The notes under the pieces: model-generated | Database searches by the model: none | Told to the model about the DNA's origin: nothing | The model's input: only the letters and a program-made list of their open reading frames with translations | Position numbers and translations under genes: made by a program | Part shown: positions 39,573-49,021 of the stretch, in pieces | Layout: every line of letters starts with the position of its first letter | Numbering within the stretch: position 1 is the first letter of the stretch | From: Pseudomonadota bacterium | GTDB lineage: Bacteria; Bdellovibrionota; UBA1018; CAIMNF01 | Assembly: GCA_027488515.1 (NCBI GenBank) | Contig: JAIYBN010000001.1 | Span: 192,811 to 256,810 of the forward strand | Length of the DNA: 64,000 bases | Direction of reading: 5' to 3'

Positions 39573-40916
39573 TTAGTGGTGGAGAGCGAGCTCCCGGGCC
39601 AATTTCAGACGAATCCGTTCGACTTCGGCATAGATGGTGGTCGGATCGAGGGTCTGGAACTGACCTTGATCGAGCAACACCCTTCCATCGCAAATGACCG
39701 TGTCGACCTCGAGCCCCTGGCAGGCGTAAACCAACTGGCTCAGAACCGAATGCATCGGCATCAGATGAGGATGATCCGTCCGGATCAGAATGAGATCCGC
39801 CCGCTTGCCCGGCTCGAGCGACCCGACGAGGTGCCCGAGACCCAGTGCCCTGGCTCCCTCATAGGTGGCGAGATTGAGGGCATCGAGTGCGACCATGGCG
39901 GTGCTGTCGTGATGGGCGACCTTCTGTGCCTTGGTTCCGAGATCCATGGCTCCGAAAAGTGACAAATCGTTGTTCGAAGCGGAACCGTCCGTTCCCAAGG
40001 CACACTCGACTCCCGCTCTCCGGAATTTGGTGATCGGAGCGATTCCTGATCCCAGCTTGAAGTTGGAATCGGGATTGTAAATCACACTGGCCCCGGTCTC
40101 ACGGAAGAGACGGATCTCCTCATCGGTGAGATGGACCCCGTGAGCCGCGAAAAAACGGGAATGCAGGGCTCCGAGATCGTACAAGCGCTGCGCCGGAGTC
40201 TTTCCGTATTTGGACACCGACTCACGGACCTCTTTTTCGGTCTCCGAGACATGCATGTGAACCGGAACCTGGAACCTGTTGGATAAAGCGGTCACCTCGC
40301 GAATCAAATCGTCACTGCAAGTGTACGGGGCGTGAGGTCCGAGAGCGGGACGGATACGCGGGTGATTCCGGTAGCGTTCATAGAACGCCTGGAACCGGGC
40401 AGGCCTGCCCGCCAAGGCTTGATCCCCGAGATGCTTCTCGTCGGGAACCGGAAAGTCCATGAACGGCCAAGCCAACGTGGCACGCAGTCCGGCGCCATCG
40501 AGAACCTTTGCGGCCGACTCGGTGAAGAAGTACATGTCATTGACCGTGGTCGTACCGAAACGGATGCACTCCAATGCGGAGAGCGACACACCGACTTCCA
40601 CGAATTCCGAATCCACCCACTTGGCTTCAACGGGGAACACCCGCTCGAACAGCCACTTGTGGAATGGAAGATCGTCCTCGTAGCCACGCAAGAGGCTCAT
40701 CGCCAGATGGGTGTGACCGTTCACGAGTCCGGGCATGACGATCCGGCTTCCGCTGTCGATGAAGCGCGAACACTCCAGGTCCCGACCTTCTTTCCAAGGT
40801 CCGGACTCGACAATCAGCCCGTCTTTGACTCCGAGGAACTGATCCTGATGAACTTTGCCTTCTCCTCCGGTCATCGGAAGAAGCGTCCTGCAGCGGATCC
40901 CGAGATCGAAGGTCAT
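39573..40916 (-). CDS. mtaD: Amidohydrolase of the 5'-methylthioadenosine / S-adenosylhomocysteine deaminase type (MtaD-like).
   Basis: Metal-binding PGLVNGHTHLAMSLLRG, downstream HxH/D motifs, about 447 aa (TIM-barrel amidohydrolase, ATZ/TRZ-like). Confidence 0.75.
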   Translation of the reverse strand: MTFDLGIRCRTLLPMTGGEGKVHQDQFLGVKDGLIVESGPWKEGRDLECSRFIDSGSRIVMPGLVNGHTHLAMSLLRGYEDDLPFHKWLFERVFPVEAKWVDSEFVEVGVSLSALECIRFGTTTVNDMYFFTESAAKVLDGAGLRATLAWPFMDFPVPDEKHLGDQALAGRPARFQAFYERYRNHPRIRPALGPHAPYTCSDDLIREVTALSNRFQVPVHMHVSETEKEVRESVSKYGKTPAQRLYDLGALHSRFFAAHGVHLTDEEIRLFRETGASVIYNPDSNFKLGSGIAPITKFRRAGVECALGTDGSASNNDLSLFGAMDLGTKAQKVAHHDSTAMVALDALNLATYEGARALGLGHLVGSLEPGKRADLILIRTDHPHLMPMHSVLSQLVYACQGLEVDTVICDGRVLLDQGQFQTLDPTTIYAEVERIRLKLARELALHH

Positions 40917-40917
40917 C

Positions 40918-41814
40918 TCATTCCCCGCAATTCTTTTCGACAGACAACAGAACCCCTCTCAGGATTCCGGTGGACGAGGTTTTACACGCATCAAGAATCG
41001 CGAAATGGTCCAATTCTTCGGGCTCGCCGTCCGCACCATCTGAAAGGCCCGCAGCGATATTGCTGATGAGGGAGACCCCGCACACCCGGGCACCGCTGTG
41101 CTTGAGGGCGACAGTTTCCCAAACCGTGGACATACCCACCGCATGAGCACCGATTTCCTGGAAGAAACGGATCTCTGCCGGAGTTTCAAATGCGGGCCCT
41201 GCGACACCGACATAGACCCCTTCATGCACCTTCAGCTTCTCGGACTGAAGGGCGATCGACACTTCACGGGTCCATTCACGGTCGAACAGACGGGTCAGAT
41301 CCTGGAATCTCGGACCCCAGGGTGTCCCGTCCGGGCGCGACGGATTGGATCCACTCAAAGGATTCTTCCCTGAAAGATTGATCTGGTCGCGAATCAGCAT
41401 CACATCGCCGGTCGAATGAGCGGGATCCATTCCGCCGGCGGCATTGGTCAAAAAGAAATGCTCGACCCCGAGTTCACGGGGGAACATGACCGTCCGGACC
41501 ACTTCCCGGGGCTCGAGGCCCTCGTAACCGTGAAGTCGCCCGACCTGGATGATTCCGCAAAGCTTCCGGGTGCGGTGACGGATGAAAACGTATTTCCCGG
41601 AATGTCCCGGCGCTGTGGAAGGATGGATTCCCGGGATTTCAGAAAACGGGACCTCTGCGGCGACGACGAATCCCGGAGGAAGTCCCTGTTCGAGTGCGTC
41701 TTTGAAACCGGAACCGAGCACCACTTGGAACGAAGGGGAAGGAAGCCTATGGCGGGACAACAGGCTCTGGATCGCACGGGCTCCATCGGACAAAACTGGG
41801 GTCATGCCACCCAC
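40918..41814 (-). CDS. Purine nucleoside phosphorylase (PNP-I / MTAP family). Possible methylthioinosine phosphorylase.
   Basis: VVLGSGFKD phosphate-binding motif. Trimeric PNP/MTAP-type sequence. 2-bp gap to the deaminase gene. Confidence 0.8.
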   Translation of the reverse strand: MGGMTPVLSDGARAIQSLLSRHRLPSPSFQVVLGSGFKDALEQGLPPGFVVAAEVPFSEIPGIHPSTAPGHSGKYVFIRHRTRKLCGIIQVGRLHGYEGLEPREVVRTVMFPRELGVEHFFLTNAAGGMDPAHSTGDVMLIRDQINLSGKNPLSGSNPSRPDGTPWGPRFQDLTRLFDREWTREVSIALQSEKLKVHEGVYVGVAGPAFETPAEIRFFQEIGAHAVGMSTVWETVALKHSGARVCGVSLISNIAAGLSDGADGEPEELDHFAILDACKTSSTGILRGVLLSVEKNCGE

Positions 41815-41841
41815 TCTAGTCTAAATCCCCTTGAAACCAAA

Positions 41842-41873
41842 TGAAAAAGGCCCCCGGACACCAGCCGGGAGCC
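41842..41873 (-). terminator. Rho-independent terminator after ftsZ.
   Basis: GGCCCCCGG-ACACCAG-CCGGGAGCC hairpin flanked by T-runs (bidirectional capable), 20 nt downstream of the ftsZ stop. Confidence 0.6.
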
Positions 41874-41895
41874 TTTTCAAATCCGGAAAAAACGA

Positions 41896-43254
41896 TCAAC
41901 CGTTGTTCGGGTTCGACTCGTTCGAGCGGCGCATGAAGGCAGGAACATCGTAGTCCTGACCTTCGGAGCTCACCATCCCGAGGCGCTTGGCGATCTCGCG
42001 GGCCCGTGCAAGTTCGGAGTTCTCGTTCCCGGCTGCGGACAGATTCTGCACCGACTGGGGATTGAAGTTCTCTGAAACCGCCCCGATACCCTGGCTGTTA
42101 TTGGCCTGGATATTATTATTGTTATTGTTGTTGGTCTGGGCGTTATTGGCAGGAGCCGCATTTGCAACATTGCCCGCTGTGTTGATTTGGGCACTGTTTT
42201 GGGCATTGCCCAGGTTCATGTTGTTCGCATTGTTGTTGTTACGAACAGCAGGATTGGCGTTCTTCATCTCGGTGATCTGGGCCGAGGCGTCGCAACCGAG
42301 TCCGGTCGCGATCACAGTGACCTTCACCTTGTCGTTCAGAGACTCGTCGATCACGGTTCCGAAAATGATCTGGGCGTCTTCATCCGCAGCTTCCTGGATG
42401 ATCGAGGTGGCTTCGTTCACTTCGTGGAGGGTCAGATTCGAGCCCCCGGTGATGTTGATGATGATGCCGGTCGCACCGTTGATCGAGATGTCCTCGAGCA
42501 AAGGAGAGGAAATGGCGGAAGTTGCGGCTTCCACGGCACGGTGGTCACCCTGACCGAAACCGATCCCCATGAGGGCCAGGCCCTTGTTTTCCATGATGGT
42601 CCGGACGTCGGCGAAGTCGCTGTTGATGTAACCGGTGTGATTGATCAGATCGGAGATGCCCTGTACGGCGTTAAGGAGGACCTCGTCAGCCTTCCCGAAA
42701 GCCTGCATCATCGAAAGCGAGGCGCCCGAGATGTTGAGCAAGCGGTTGTTCGGGATGATGATCAGGGAATCCACGCTTTCACGCAGCTGATTGATCCCTT
42801 CGAGGGCCTGCTTCATGCGCTTTTTGCCTTCGAACAGGAAAGGCTTGGTCACCACACCGACGGTGAGTGCGCCCACTTCCTTGGCGATCTTTGCGAACAC
42901 AGGAGCGGCTCCGGTTCCGGTACCGCCGCCCATTCCGGCGGTGATGAACACCATGTCGGACCCGGAAAGCATTTCAGAAATTTGAGCGTAGTCTTCGAGC
43001 GCGGCTTTACGGCCGGTGTCCGGATTGGCGCCGGCGCCGAGACCCCGGGTCAGCTCCTGACCGATGGCGATCTTGGTCGGGGCCAGAACGCTTTCGAGCA
43101 CCTGCTTGTCGGTGTTCGCTGCGATGAACTCCACGCCGGTCAGACCTGCACGGATCATGGTGTTGACAGCGTTACATCCGCCACCGCCGACTCCGACGAC
43201 CTTGATTTTAGCACCCAGAACCTTGTTTTCTTGAATTTCGAACATATGTACCAC
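41896..43254 (-). CDS. ftsZ: Cell division GTPase FtsZ.
   Basis: Tubulin signature [11 protein letters not shown] and a conserved C-terminal peptide [10 protein letters not shown]. Unusually long Asn/Gln-rich linker. Confidence 0.97.
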   Translation of the reverse strand: MVHMFEIQENKVLGAKIKVVGVGGGGCNAVNTMIRAGLTGVEFIAANTDKQVLESVLAPTKIAIGQELTRGLGAGANPDTGRKAALEDYAQISEMLSGSDMVFITAGMGGGTGTGAAPVFAKIAKEVGALTVGVVTKPFLFEGKKRMKQALEGINQLRESVDSLIIIPNNRLLNISGASLSMMQAFGKADEVLLNAVQGISDLINHTGYINSDFADVRTIMENKGLALMGIGFGQGDHRAVEAATSAISSPLLEDISINGATGIIINITGGSNLTLHEVNEATSIIQEAADEDAQIIFGTVIDESLNDKVKVTVIATGLGCDASAQITEMKNANPAVRNNNNANNMNLGNAQNSAQINTAGNVANAAPANNAQTNNNNNNNIQANNSQGIGAVSENFNPQSVQNLSAAGNENSELARAREIAKRLGMVSSEGQDYDVPAFMRRSNESNPNNG

Positions 43255-43285
43255 GCCTCCTTGTGTCAGTTGTTTTCGAAAAGTT

Positions 43286-44554
43286 TCAGAACAAATCCTT
43301 CATCCAGTTTTTCATCTGTCCACCGATCTTGCTGAACACCCCGTCGTCTCCGAGCAGGCCGTCAGCCAGAAGCGACGGTCCTCCTTGATGAACGCGGTTC
43401 AGCTTGTCGGCGCCGAACTTGAGCAAACCGACTGCGGTGGAGTACTTCGGAGAGTTCACCACTTCCTTGAGCCCGCCGAGACGGATCGGTGATCCGCGCT
43501 TGAGCGGCACTTCGAACAGGAAGTCGCCATACTCGACCATTCCTTGGAGAAGGGTCGTTCCACCGGTCATCACGATGCCGGCAGCGAGCAGGTCGGCGTA
43601 TCCCGAGCGGTTGATCTCCTGTTGGATCAAAGAGAACATCTCTTCGATCCGTGGCTCGACGATTTCAGCCAGAATCTTGCGGGAAACGACACGGGACTTT
43701 CCTTCACCGACCGAAGGAACTTCGATGGTTTCGTCTTCCTTCACCAGGGACGACATGGCGCAACCGTGGGCGATCTTGATTTTCTCGGCAGCATCGAGCG
43801 ATGCGCGGACGCCCACAGAGATGTCGTTTGTGATGTGCATTCCCCCGACAGGGAGGACAGCCGTGTAAAGGAGCGCGCCTTCGCGGAAAATCGCGATATC
43901 GGTGGTTCCGCCACCGATATCCACCAGTGCGACACCCAGTTCTTTCTCGTCATGGGTCAACACTGCGGAGCTCGAAGCGATCGGCTGCAAACACAATTCG
44001 GTGACACTGATACCTGCGCGATTCACGCACTTGACCAGGTTCTGAGCGGCACTGATGGCCCCGGTCACAATGTGCACCTTGGCCTCGAGACGGACACCGT
44101 TCATTCCGATCGGATCGCGGATGCCGTCCTGATCGTCAATGATGAATTCCTGGGGGATCACATGGAGAACTTCGCGGTCCTGCGGAATCATGATGGCCTT
44201 GGCGGCCTCGATCACGCGCTGGACGTCCTGTTCGGTGATTTCCTTGTCCTTGACTGCGACCACTCCCGAGGAGTTGAAAGACTTGATGTGGGTCCCGGCG
44301 ATGCCGACATAGGCGGAGCTGATCTTGACTCCTGCCATGTTCTCGGCTTCTTTGACCGCTTTCCGGATCGCCTCGACCGTGGAGTCGATGTTGATGACCA
44401 CCCCTTTACGGAGTCCGTTCGAGGGCGCTTGGCCGAACCCGATGATATCAATAGAGGAGGATTGGGTCGGAGTCGCCGGATGGACTTCCCCGACGATGCA
44501 ACACACCTTGGTTGTCCCGATATCGAGACCGATGACTAAATCTTTTTTAGACAC
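43286..44554 (-). CDS. ftsA: Cell division protein FtsA.
   Basis: [18 protein letters not shown] actin-fold phosphate-1 motif. 422 aa. Upstream of ftsZ. Confidence 0.95.
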   Translation of the reverse strand: MSKKDLVIGLDIGTTKVCCIVGEVHPATPTQSSSIDIIGFGQAPSNGLRKGVVINIDSTVEAIRKAVKEAENMAGVKISSAYVGIAGTHIKSFNSSGVVAVKDKEITEQDVQRVIEAAKAIMIPQDREVLHVIPQEFIIDDQDGIRDPIGMNGVRLEAKVHIVTGAISAAQNLVKCVNRAGISVTELCLQPIASSSAVLTHDEKELGVALVDIGGGTTDIAIFREGALLYTAVLPVGGMHITNDISVGVRASLDAAEKIKIAHGCAMSSLVKEDETIEVPSVGEGKSRVVSRKILAEIVEPRIEEMFSLIQQEINRSGYADLLAAGIVMTGGTTLLQGMVEYGDFLFEVPLKRGSPIRLGGLKEVVNSPKYSTAVGLLKFGADKLNRVHQGGPSLLADGLLGDDGVFSKIGGQMKNWMKDLF

Positions 44555-44632
44555 TTAACCCTCCTCCTCCCATGAGCCCGGGTACCGTTCCAGCTGCGAC
44601 AAAATTCCAACTGACGCAACTTAGCTGAAAGT

Positions 44633-45457
44633 CTATGGACCCCTTGAAAATTTGACAACGATTTTCTTTCCGTCCCCCAGCCATATTTTTGACGCCGGCT
44701 GGGAACGGGTCGAGAGGTAGTCGAACACCTGCTTGAGGTGGGCCGAGGACACCCCGTTGGCCTCCTCCAGGTTGAGCCCGAGCTCGATGACGGTTCTCAT
44801 CAGTTTCTGGTTCTTCATCGGGTAAAGCACCATGGCCTTCAGACCGGATTTTTCATCGTAACTGAGAGACGACAAACGCAGACCGGGGAGACGCTCGGAC
44901 GAAAACCAGGTCCCCATGAATTGATTCAAGGCCTTCAAGGTCGGGAGGTCTGCAGCCGGGAATCCTGTCAGAATGGGAAGATCCGCCGGGTAGACCATCG
45001 CCCGATCTTCGAAAGTGGAACCGTCCTCTTCCAGATAAAGGATGCGCCCTGTGTTTTCGCTCAGGAGGGCGACCGGGGTCCGCTCGATGATTTTCAGGGA
45101 AAGGGTTCCGGGGAACTGCTTGCCGATCACCACCCCTTTGACCCAGGGGTTCCGGATCAAGCGGGTTTCCATGGGTTCCATGTCGAGATGGAACAGGGAA
45201 ACCCGTCCGATGGGCGCCTTGGCCATTTCCAGAACCGCATCCCGACTCAGCGGGTATCCGGGGGAAAGGGACTCCACTTTGACGGCTTTCAACAAAAAGA
45301 TGGACGAGCGGGATGCTTGAAGGACGCCGAAGCCCATGGCCAGAAGCACCAAACCGGCGACGCCCGCATGAAGCAGGTTCCGGTAGGACTTTCCGTCAGA
45401 AACATAACGGAAGTTCTTCTTCTGAAATGCCGCCACGGACATGCTCGATCCCCCCAA
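44633..45457 (-). CDS. ftsQ: Cell division protein FtsQ (POTRA domain).
   Basis: Single TM (VLLAMGFGVLQA) plus a POTRA/FtsQ-like periplasmic domain. Position upstream of ftsA. Confidence 0.75.
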   Translation of the reverse strand: MGGSSMSVAAFQKKNFRYVSDGKSYRNLLHAGVAGLVLLAMGFGVLQASRSSIFLLKAVKVESLSPGYPLSRDAVLEMAKAPIGRVSLFHLDMEPMETRLIRNPWVKGVVIGKQFPGTLSLKIIERTPVALLSENTGRILYLEEDGSTFEDRAMVYPADLPILTGFPAADLPTLKALNQFMGTWFSSERLPGLRLSSLSYDEKSGLKAMVLYPMKNQKLMRTVIELGLNLEEANGVSSAHLKQVFDYLSTRSQPASKIWLGDGKKIVVKFSRGP

Positions 45458-45538
45458 TCCCGAATTTAGGCCGGCCCGAGGAACGAGTCAACACATCAAC
45501 ACTGACAATCCCGAAACAATTGAAGGATAATCCTTCCC

Positions 45539-46933
45539 ATGCGCACTCATCTGTTCCTTTTGATCTGCGGAGCCCTCCCGCTCCTGTCTTCCTGCTCCCA
45601 CACCGGACCCAGCTCCAAGAAGGAGAATCGGGACGGACCCTTCGAAACCCTCCCCTTTGCGGGAAGCTTCCAGGTGAAACGGGCGATCCTCCCGAACGGA
45701 TTGCGCCTCATGATCCAGAAAGACACTTCTTCCCCGACCTTCGCCTATCAGACCTGGTTCAATGTCGGGTCGCGGAACGAAGTTCCCGGCAAGACCGGGT
45801 TGGCCCACCTCTTCGAACACATGATGTTCAAAGGAACCTCCAAATATCCGGACGGTCGCTTCGACGCGCTTCTCGAGCAGGCCGGTGCCGAAGGCGAGAA
45901 CGCCTTCACCTCGAACGATCACACCGTCTACATCCAGGAAATGCCGAAAGAAGGATTCGACCTGATCTCCGAACTCGAATCCGACCGGATGGTGAACCTG
46001 ATCGTGAACGACGCCTCTTTCAAGACCGAGCGCGAGGTGGTCCAGAACGAGCGGCGTTTCCGGAAAGAGAACTCGGCCGAAGGGACGATGTACCAGACCT
46101 TGTTTGAAACCGCTTTCAACACCCATCCCTACCGTTGGCCCGTCATCGGCTACGAGCAGGACCTCGTCTCCATGAGCGCCCAGGACGGGCGAGATTTCTA
46201 CACCCGCTTCTACAGCCCGGACCGCGCGGTGATCGTGGTGGTCGGCGATGTGGATGAGAACCGGGTTCTGAAGCGGGTGGAACGCCTCTACGGCCACCTT
46301 CCGGCACGCAAGACCGAAAACCCCGCCTATGACCAGGAACCCGAACAGACCGCCCAACGTCGTAAGCGTCTGGAGCTGAATGTGGAGGTCGAAAAAGTCT
46401 GGCTGGCGTTCAAAATCCAGGGACTGAATTCGAGCGACACCCCGGTTTTCGAAGCGATACAAGGGCTTCTGACCGAAGGCCGGAACGGCCGCCTGAACCG
46501 GGCCCTCGTCGATGCCGGAATCGCCACCTCGGTCGGCTCGGGATCGATCGCACTTCGTGATCCGAGCCTCTTTTTGGTCGAGGCCGATCTGCAAAAAGGG
46601 AAAACCGCACTGCTCGCCGAATCGGTGATCCTACGTGAGCTCGAGCGACTCAAGAACTCCCCTGTCAAAACGGAAGAATTGAAGCGTGCGACCAACGTCA
46701 TGCGCTTCCGCTTCATGAGCCGCCTCCTCACCTCCCACGGCAGGGCCCATGTGCTCGGTCAGTTCGAAACCGAGAACGGCAGCGTCGAGGCCGGTCTTGC
46801 CCAACAGGAGCAGGTCTACTCGGTGACTCCCGAGCAGATCCAGGAAACCGCCAAGCGGGTGTTCCAGACCGCAAAACTCACTGTGATCACCGGCGTACCG
46901 AAATCCGCCACCGCAGGAAAGGACCAACCATGA
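45539..46933 (+). CDS. M16 family zinc peptidase (active subunit).
   Basis: Inverted zinc motif HLFEHMMFKGT (HxxEH) followed by E-rich region. Signal/lipoprotein N-terminus LLSSCS. Confidence 0.85.
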   Translation: MRTHLFLLICGALPLLSSCSHTGPSSKKENRDGPFETLPFAGSFQVKRAILPNGLRLMIQKDTSSPTFAYQTWFNVGSRNEVPGKTGLAHLFEHMMFKGTSKYPDGRFDALLEQAGAEGENAFTSNDHTVYIQEMPKEGFDLISELESDRMVNLIVNDASFKTEREVVQNERRFRKENSAEGTMYQTLFETAFNTHPYRWPVIGYEQDLVSMSAQDGRDFYTRFYSPDRAVIVVVGDVDENRVLKRVERLYGHLPARKTENPAYDQEPEQTAQRRKRLELNVEVEKVWLAFKIQGLNSSDTPVFEAIQGLLTEGRNGRLNRALVDAGIATSVGSGSIALRDPSLFLVEADLQKGKTALLAESVILRELERLKNSPVKTEELKRATNVMRFRFMSRLLTSHGRAHVLGQFETENGSVEAGLAQQEQVYSVTPEQIQETAKRVFQTAKLTVITGVPKSATAGKDQP

Positions 46934-48270
46934 AACCCTTCATCACCCTTCTCGCCCTTCTTTCTTTCGCACCCCGGTCGGAGGCAGCGCAGTTTTTCTT
47001 TGAAAAAGACGCTTCTTTGCCACTGGTTTATGTCACGGCGGCCTTCAAGGGCGGTGCCACCCAGGATCCGGACGGCAAAACCGGGGTATCCAGCCTCATG
47101 GGCAAAATGATGCTCCGGGGAACGAAGAACAAGACCAAACAGCAGATCGACCTCGCACTCGATGCCATGGGAGGCTCACTCGACTTTGAAACCCGTGCTG
47201 AATTCATCGCCTTCAGGGGAATGGTGCTCGCGGACCAACTGCCGAACTTCCTGTCCCTGCTGGCCGAAATCCTGACCGCACCCTCGTTCCGGGCCCAGGA
47301 ACTGGACCGACTCAAGAAAGAAGAGATCTCTTCGATCCTGAACGAACTCTCGAACGACCGGAACCTTGCACGGCTCCGCTTTGATGAGACGTTTTTCAAG
47401 GGCCATCCCTTCTCCAAGCCCTCGAACGGCAAACTCAAGGACCTGAAGGACCTGTCGATCACCGACATCCAGTCCCAGTTCCAGAAGCTGATCCATGACG
47501 AGTCGATGATCCTGCTCGCCACCGGCAGCGCGGAGGAGAACACCTTCCAACCCATCCTCCAATCCATCCGACAAAAACGACCGGGGGCCGCCAAGACCCA
47601 GAGTGTTCCGGAATTCTCAGGAGAGCCGGGTAAACTCCGCGTGGTGATTTTCGACAAGCCGGACCGCACCCAGACCCAGGTGGTGATCGGACAGAAAGGG
47701 GTCTCGATCCGCCATGCGGACCTCGACGCACTCCAATTGGCCAACCATGCCTTCGGTGCGGGCGGATTCCAAGCCCGTCTCATGGTCGAACTCAGGGTCA
47801 AACGGGGATGGACTTACGGAGCGGGAAGCAACTTCAGACTCGGAACCACCCCTCACTCGTGGAAGGTGTCCTTCTTTCCGAAGAATGCCGACACTCCGGC
47901 AGCCATCCGTGAGGCCCTCCGGATGATCGAAGACCTGGGCAAAAGCGGTTTGACCGAGCAGGAATTCGAAAACTCGAAGAAAAGCCTCCTGAACGGAGCC
48001 GGGTTCAGCTTCAACACTCCTGCCAAAAGGATGGAGAACCGTCTGACCGAAATCCTCTTCGGGCTCCCGGACGGATACTTCCGTGATTTTGCGAATCGAC
48101 TCTCGGGAATCACCCGCGAACAAGTGAACACGGCCCTGGCCGCCTTCATCCGCCCCGACCGGCTGATGGTCGGCTTGGTGGGCACCGCGAAGATCTCGAA
48201 GCCTGCCATCGCCAAAGCGCTCGAGCTCCCCGAATCCCGGATCGAGGTCCAGAACTATCAGAAAGAGTGA
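46930..48270 (+). CDS. M16 family peptidase-like protein (second, probably non-catalytic subunit).
   Basis: M16 fold-length protein with a signal peptide. Lacks an intact HxxEH motif. 4-bp overlap with the upstream M16 gene. Confidence 0.75.
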   Translation: MKPFITLLALLSFAPRSEAAQFFFEKDASLPLVYVTAAFKGGATQDPDGKTGVSSLMGKMMLRGTKNKTKQQIDLALDAMGGSLDFETRAEFIAFRGMVLADQLPNFLSLLAEILTAPSFRAQELDRLKKEEISSILNELSNDRNLARLRFDETFFKGHPFSKPSNGKLKDLKDLSITDIQSQFQKLIHDESMILLATGSAEENTFQPILQSIRQKRPGAAKTQSVPEFSGEPGKLRVVIFDKPDRTQTQVVIGQKGVSIRHADLDALQLANHAFGAGGFQARLMVELRVKRGWTYGAGSNFRLGTTPHSWKVSFFPKNADTPAAIREALRMIEDLGKSGLTEQEFENSKKSLLNGAGFSFNTPAKRMENRLTEILFGLPDGYFRDFANRLSGITREQVNTALAAFIRPDRLMVGLVGTAKISKPAIAKALELPESRIEVQNYQKE

Positions 48271-48827
48271 GCGACCTGGTAGAGGACCTTGAGGCCGACC
48301 CCGCCCACCAACAGGTAGGCGAAGGTTTCGATTCTCGGGAACCGGTTCAGAAGAGCGATCATTTTTTCGGCTGCAAATCGGATCAGGATCACTCCGAGGA
48401 TTCCCCCTACGACAATGCTCCAGTAATCCGTGGTCACCGCCACCGCCGCAAGGATGGAGTCGACCGCAAAAATGAGATCCGTGACCTCGATCCAGAAGAC
48501 CACCACCCAGAAATTGGCCGAGGTCTTCCGGGACTTCGACTCTTCTTCACCTTTCCGAAGGAAATACTTGATCGCCAACCAAAGCAGATAGGCCCCACCG
48601 ATGGCTCGCAACCAAGGGTACTTCACCACCTCCGTGGCCAACGCCACAGCGATCAGTCTCAACACCACCGCACCGATCAAACCGTAACGAAGGGCCCGCT
48701 TCTGGAGCTCCGGCTTCAACTCACGGGCCATCAAGGCCAGGATGACGGCATTGTCGATCGAGAGAAGGGCCTCCAGCAGAGCCAGGGAAAGAACGGTGAC
48801 GCCGGTTTGGATCAGGGTGGGTTCCAC
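48258..48827 (-). CDS. TerC-family integral membrane protein.
   Basis: LSIDNAVILALMA motif and multiple TM helices. 189 aa. Confidence 0.8.
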   Translation of the reverse strand: MEPTLIQTGVTVLSLALLEALLSIDNAVILALMARELKPELQKRALRYGLIGAVVLRLIAVALATEVVKYPWLRAIGGAYLLWLAIKYFLRKGEEESKSRKTSANFWVVVFWIEVTDLIFAVDSILAAVAVTTDYWSIVVGGILGVILIRFAAEKMIALLNRFPRIETFAYLLVGGVGLKVLYQVAHSF

Positions 48828-48875
48828 AGTGAAATGAGTTAATCAGGCCGGAAGTGTTTGAAATGACTTTGAAAG

Positions 48876-48951
48876 TGGTGAGTCCAGAAGGATTCGAACC
48901 TTCGACCCTTTCATTAAAAGTGAAATGCTCTACCAACTGAGCTATGGACTC
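48876..48951 (-). tRNA. tRNA-Lys (anticodon TTT).
   Basis: Minus-strand sequence GAGTCCATAGCTCAGTTGGTAGAGCATTTCACTTTTAATGAAAGGGTCGAAGGTTCGAATCCTTCTGGACTCACCA. 7-bp acceptor, D-loop AGTTGGTA, anticodon loop CTTTTAA, encoded CCA. Confidence 0.88.
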
Positions 48952-49021
48952 ATCTACATTGTGAAAGGAGCCTCAGGAATAGCAGAAGGTCGAAATCCGA
49001 TCAAGGGATTTTTCATCAAAA

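Noticed and set aside
42187-44539. Plus-strand ORFs 42187..43335 and 43544..44539.
   Set aside because: Antisense to ftsZ and ftsA, which are unambiguous.
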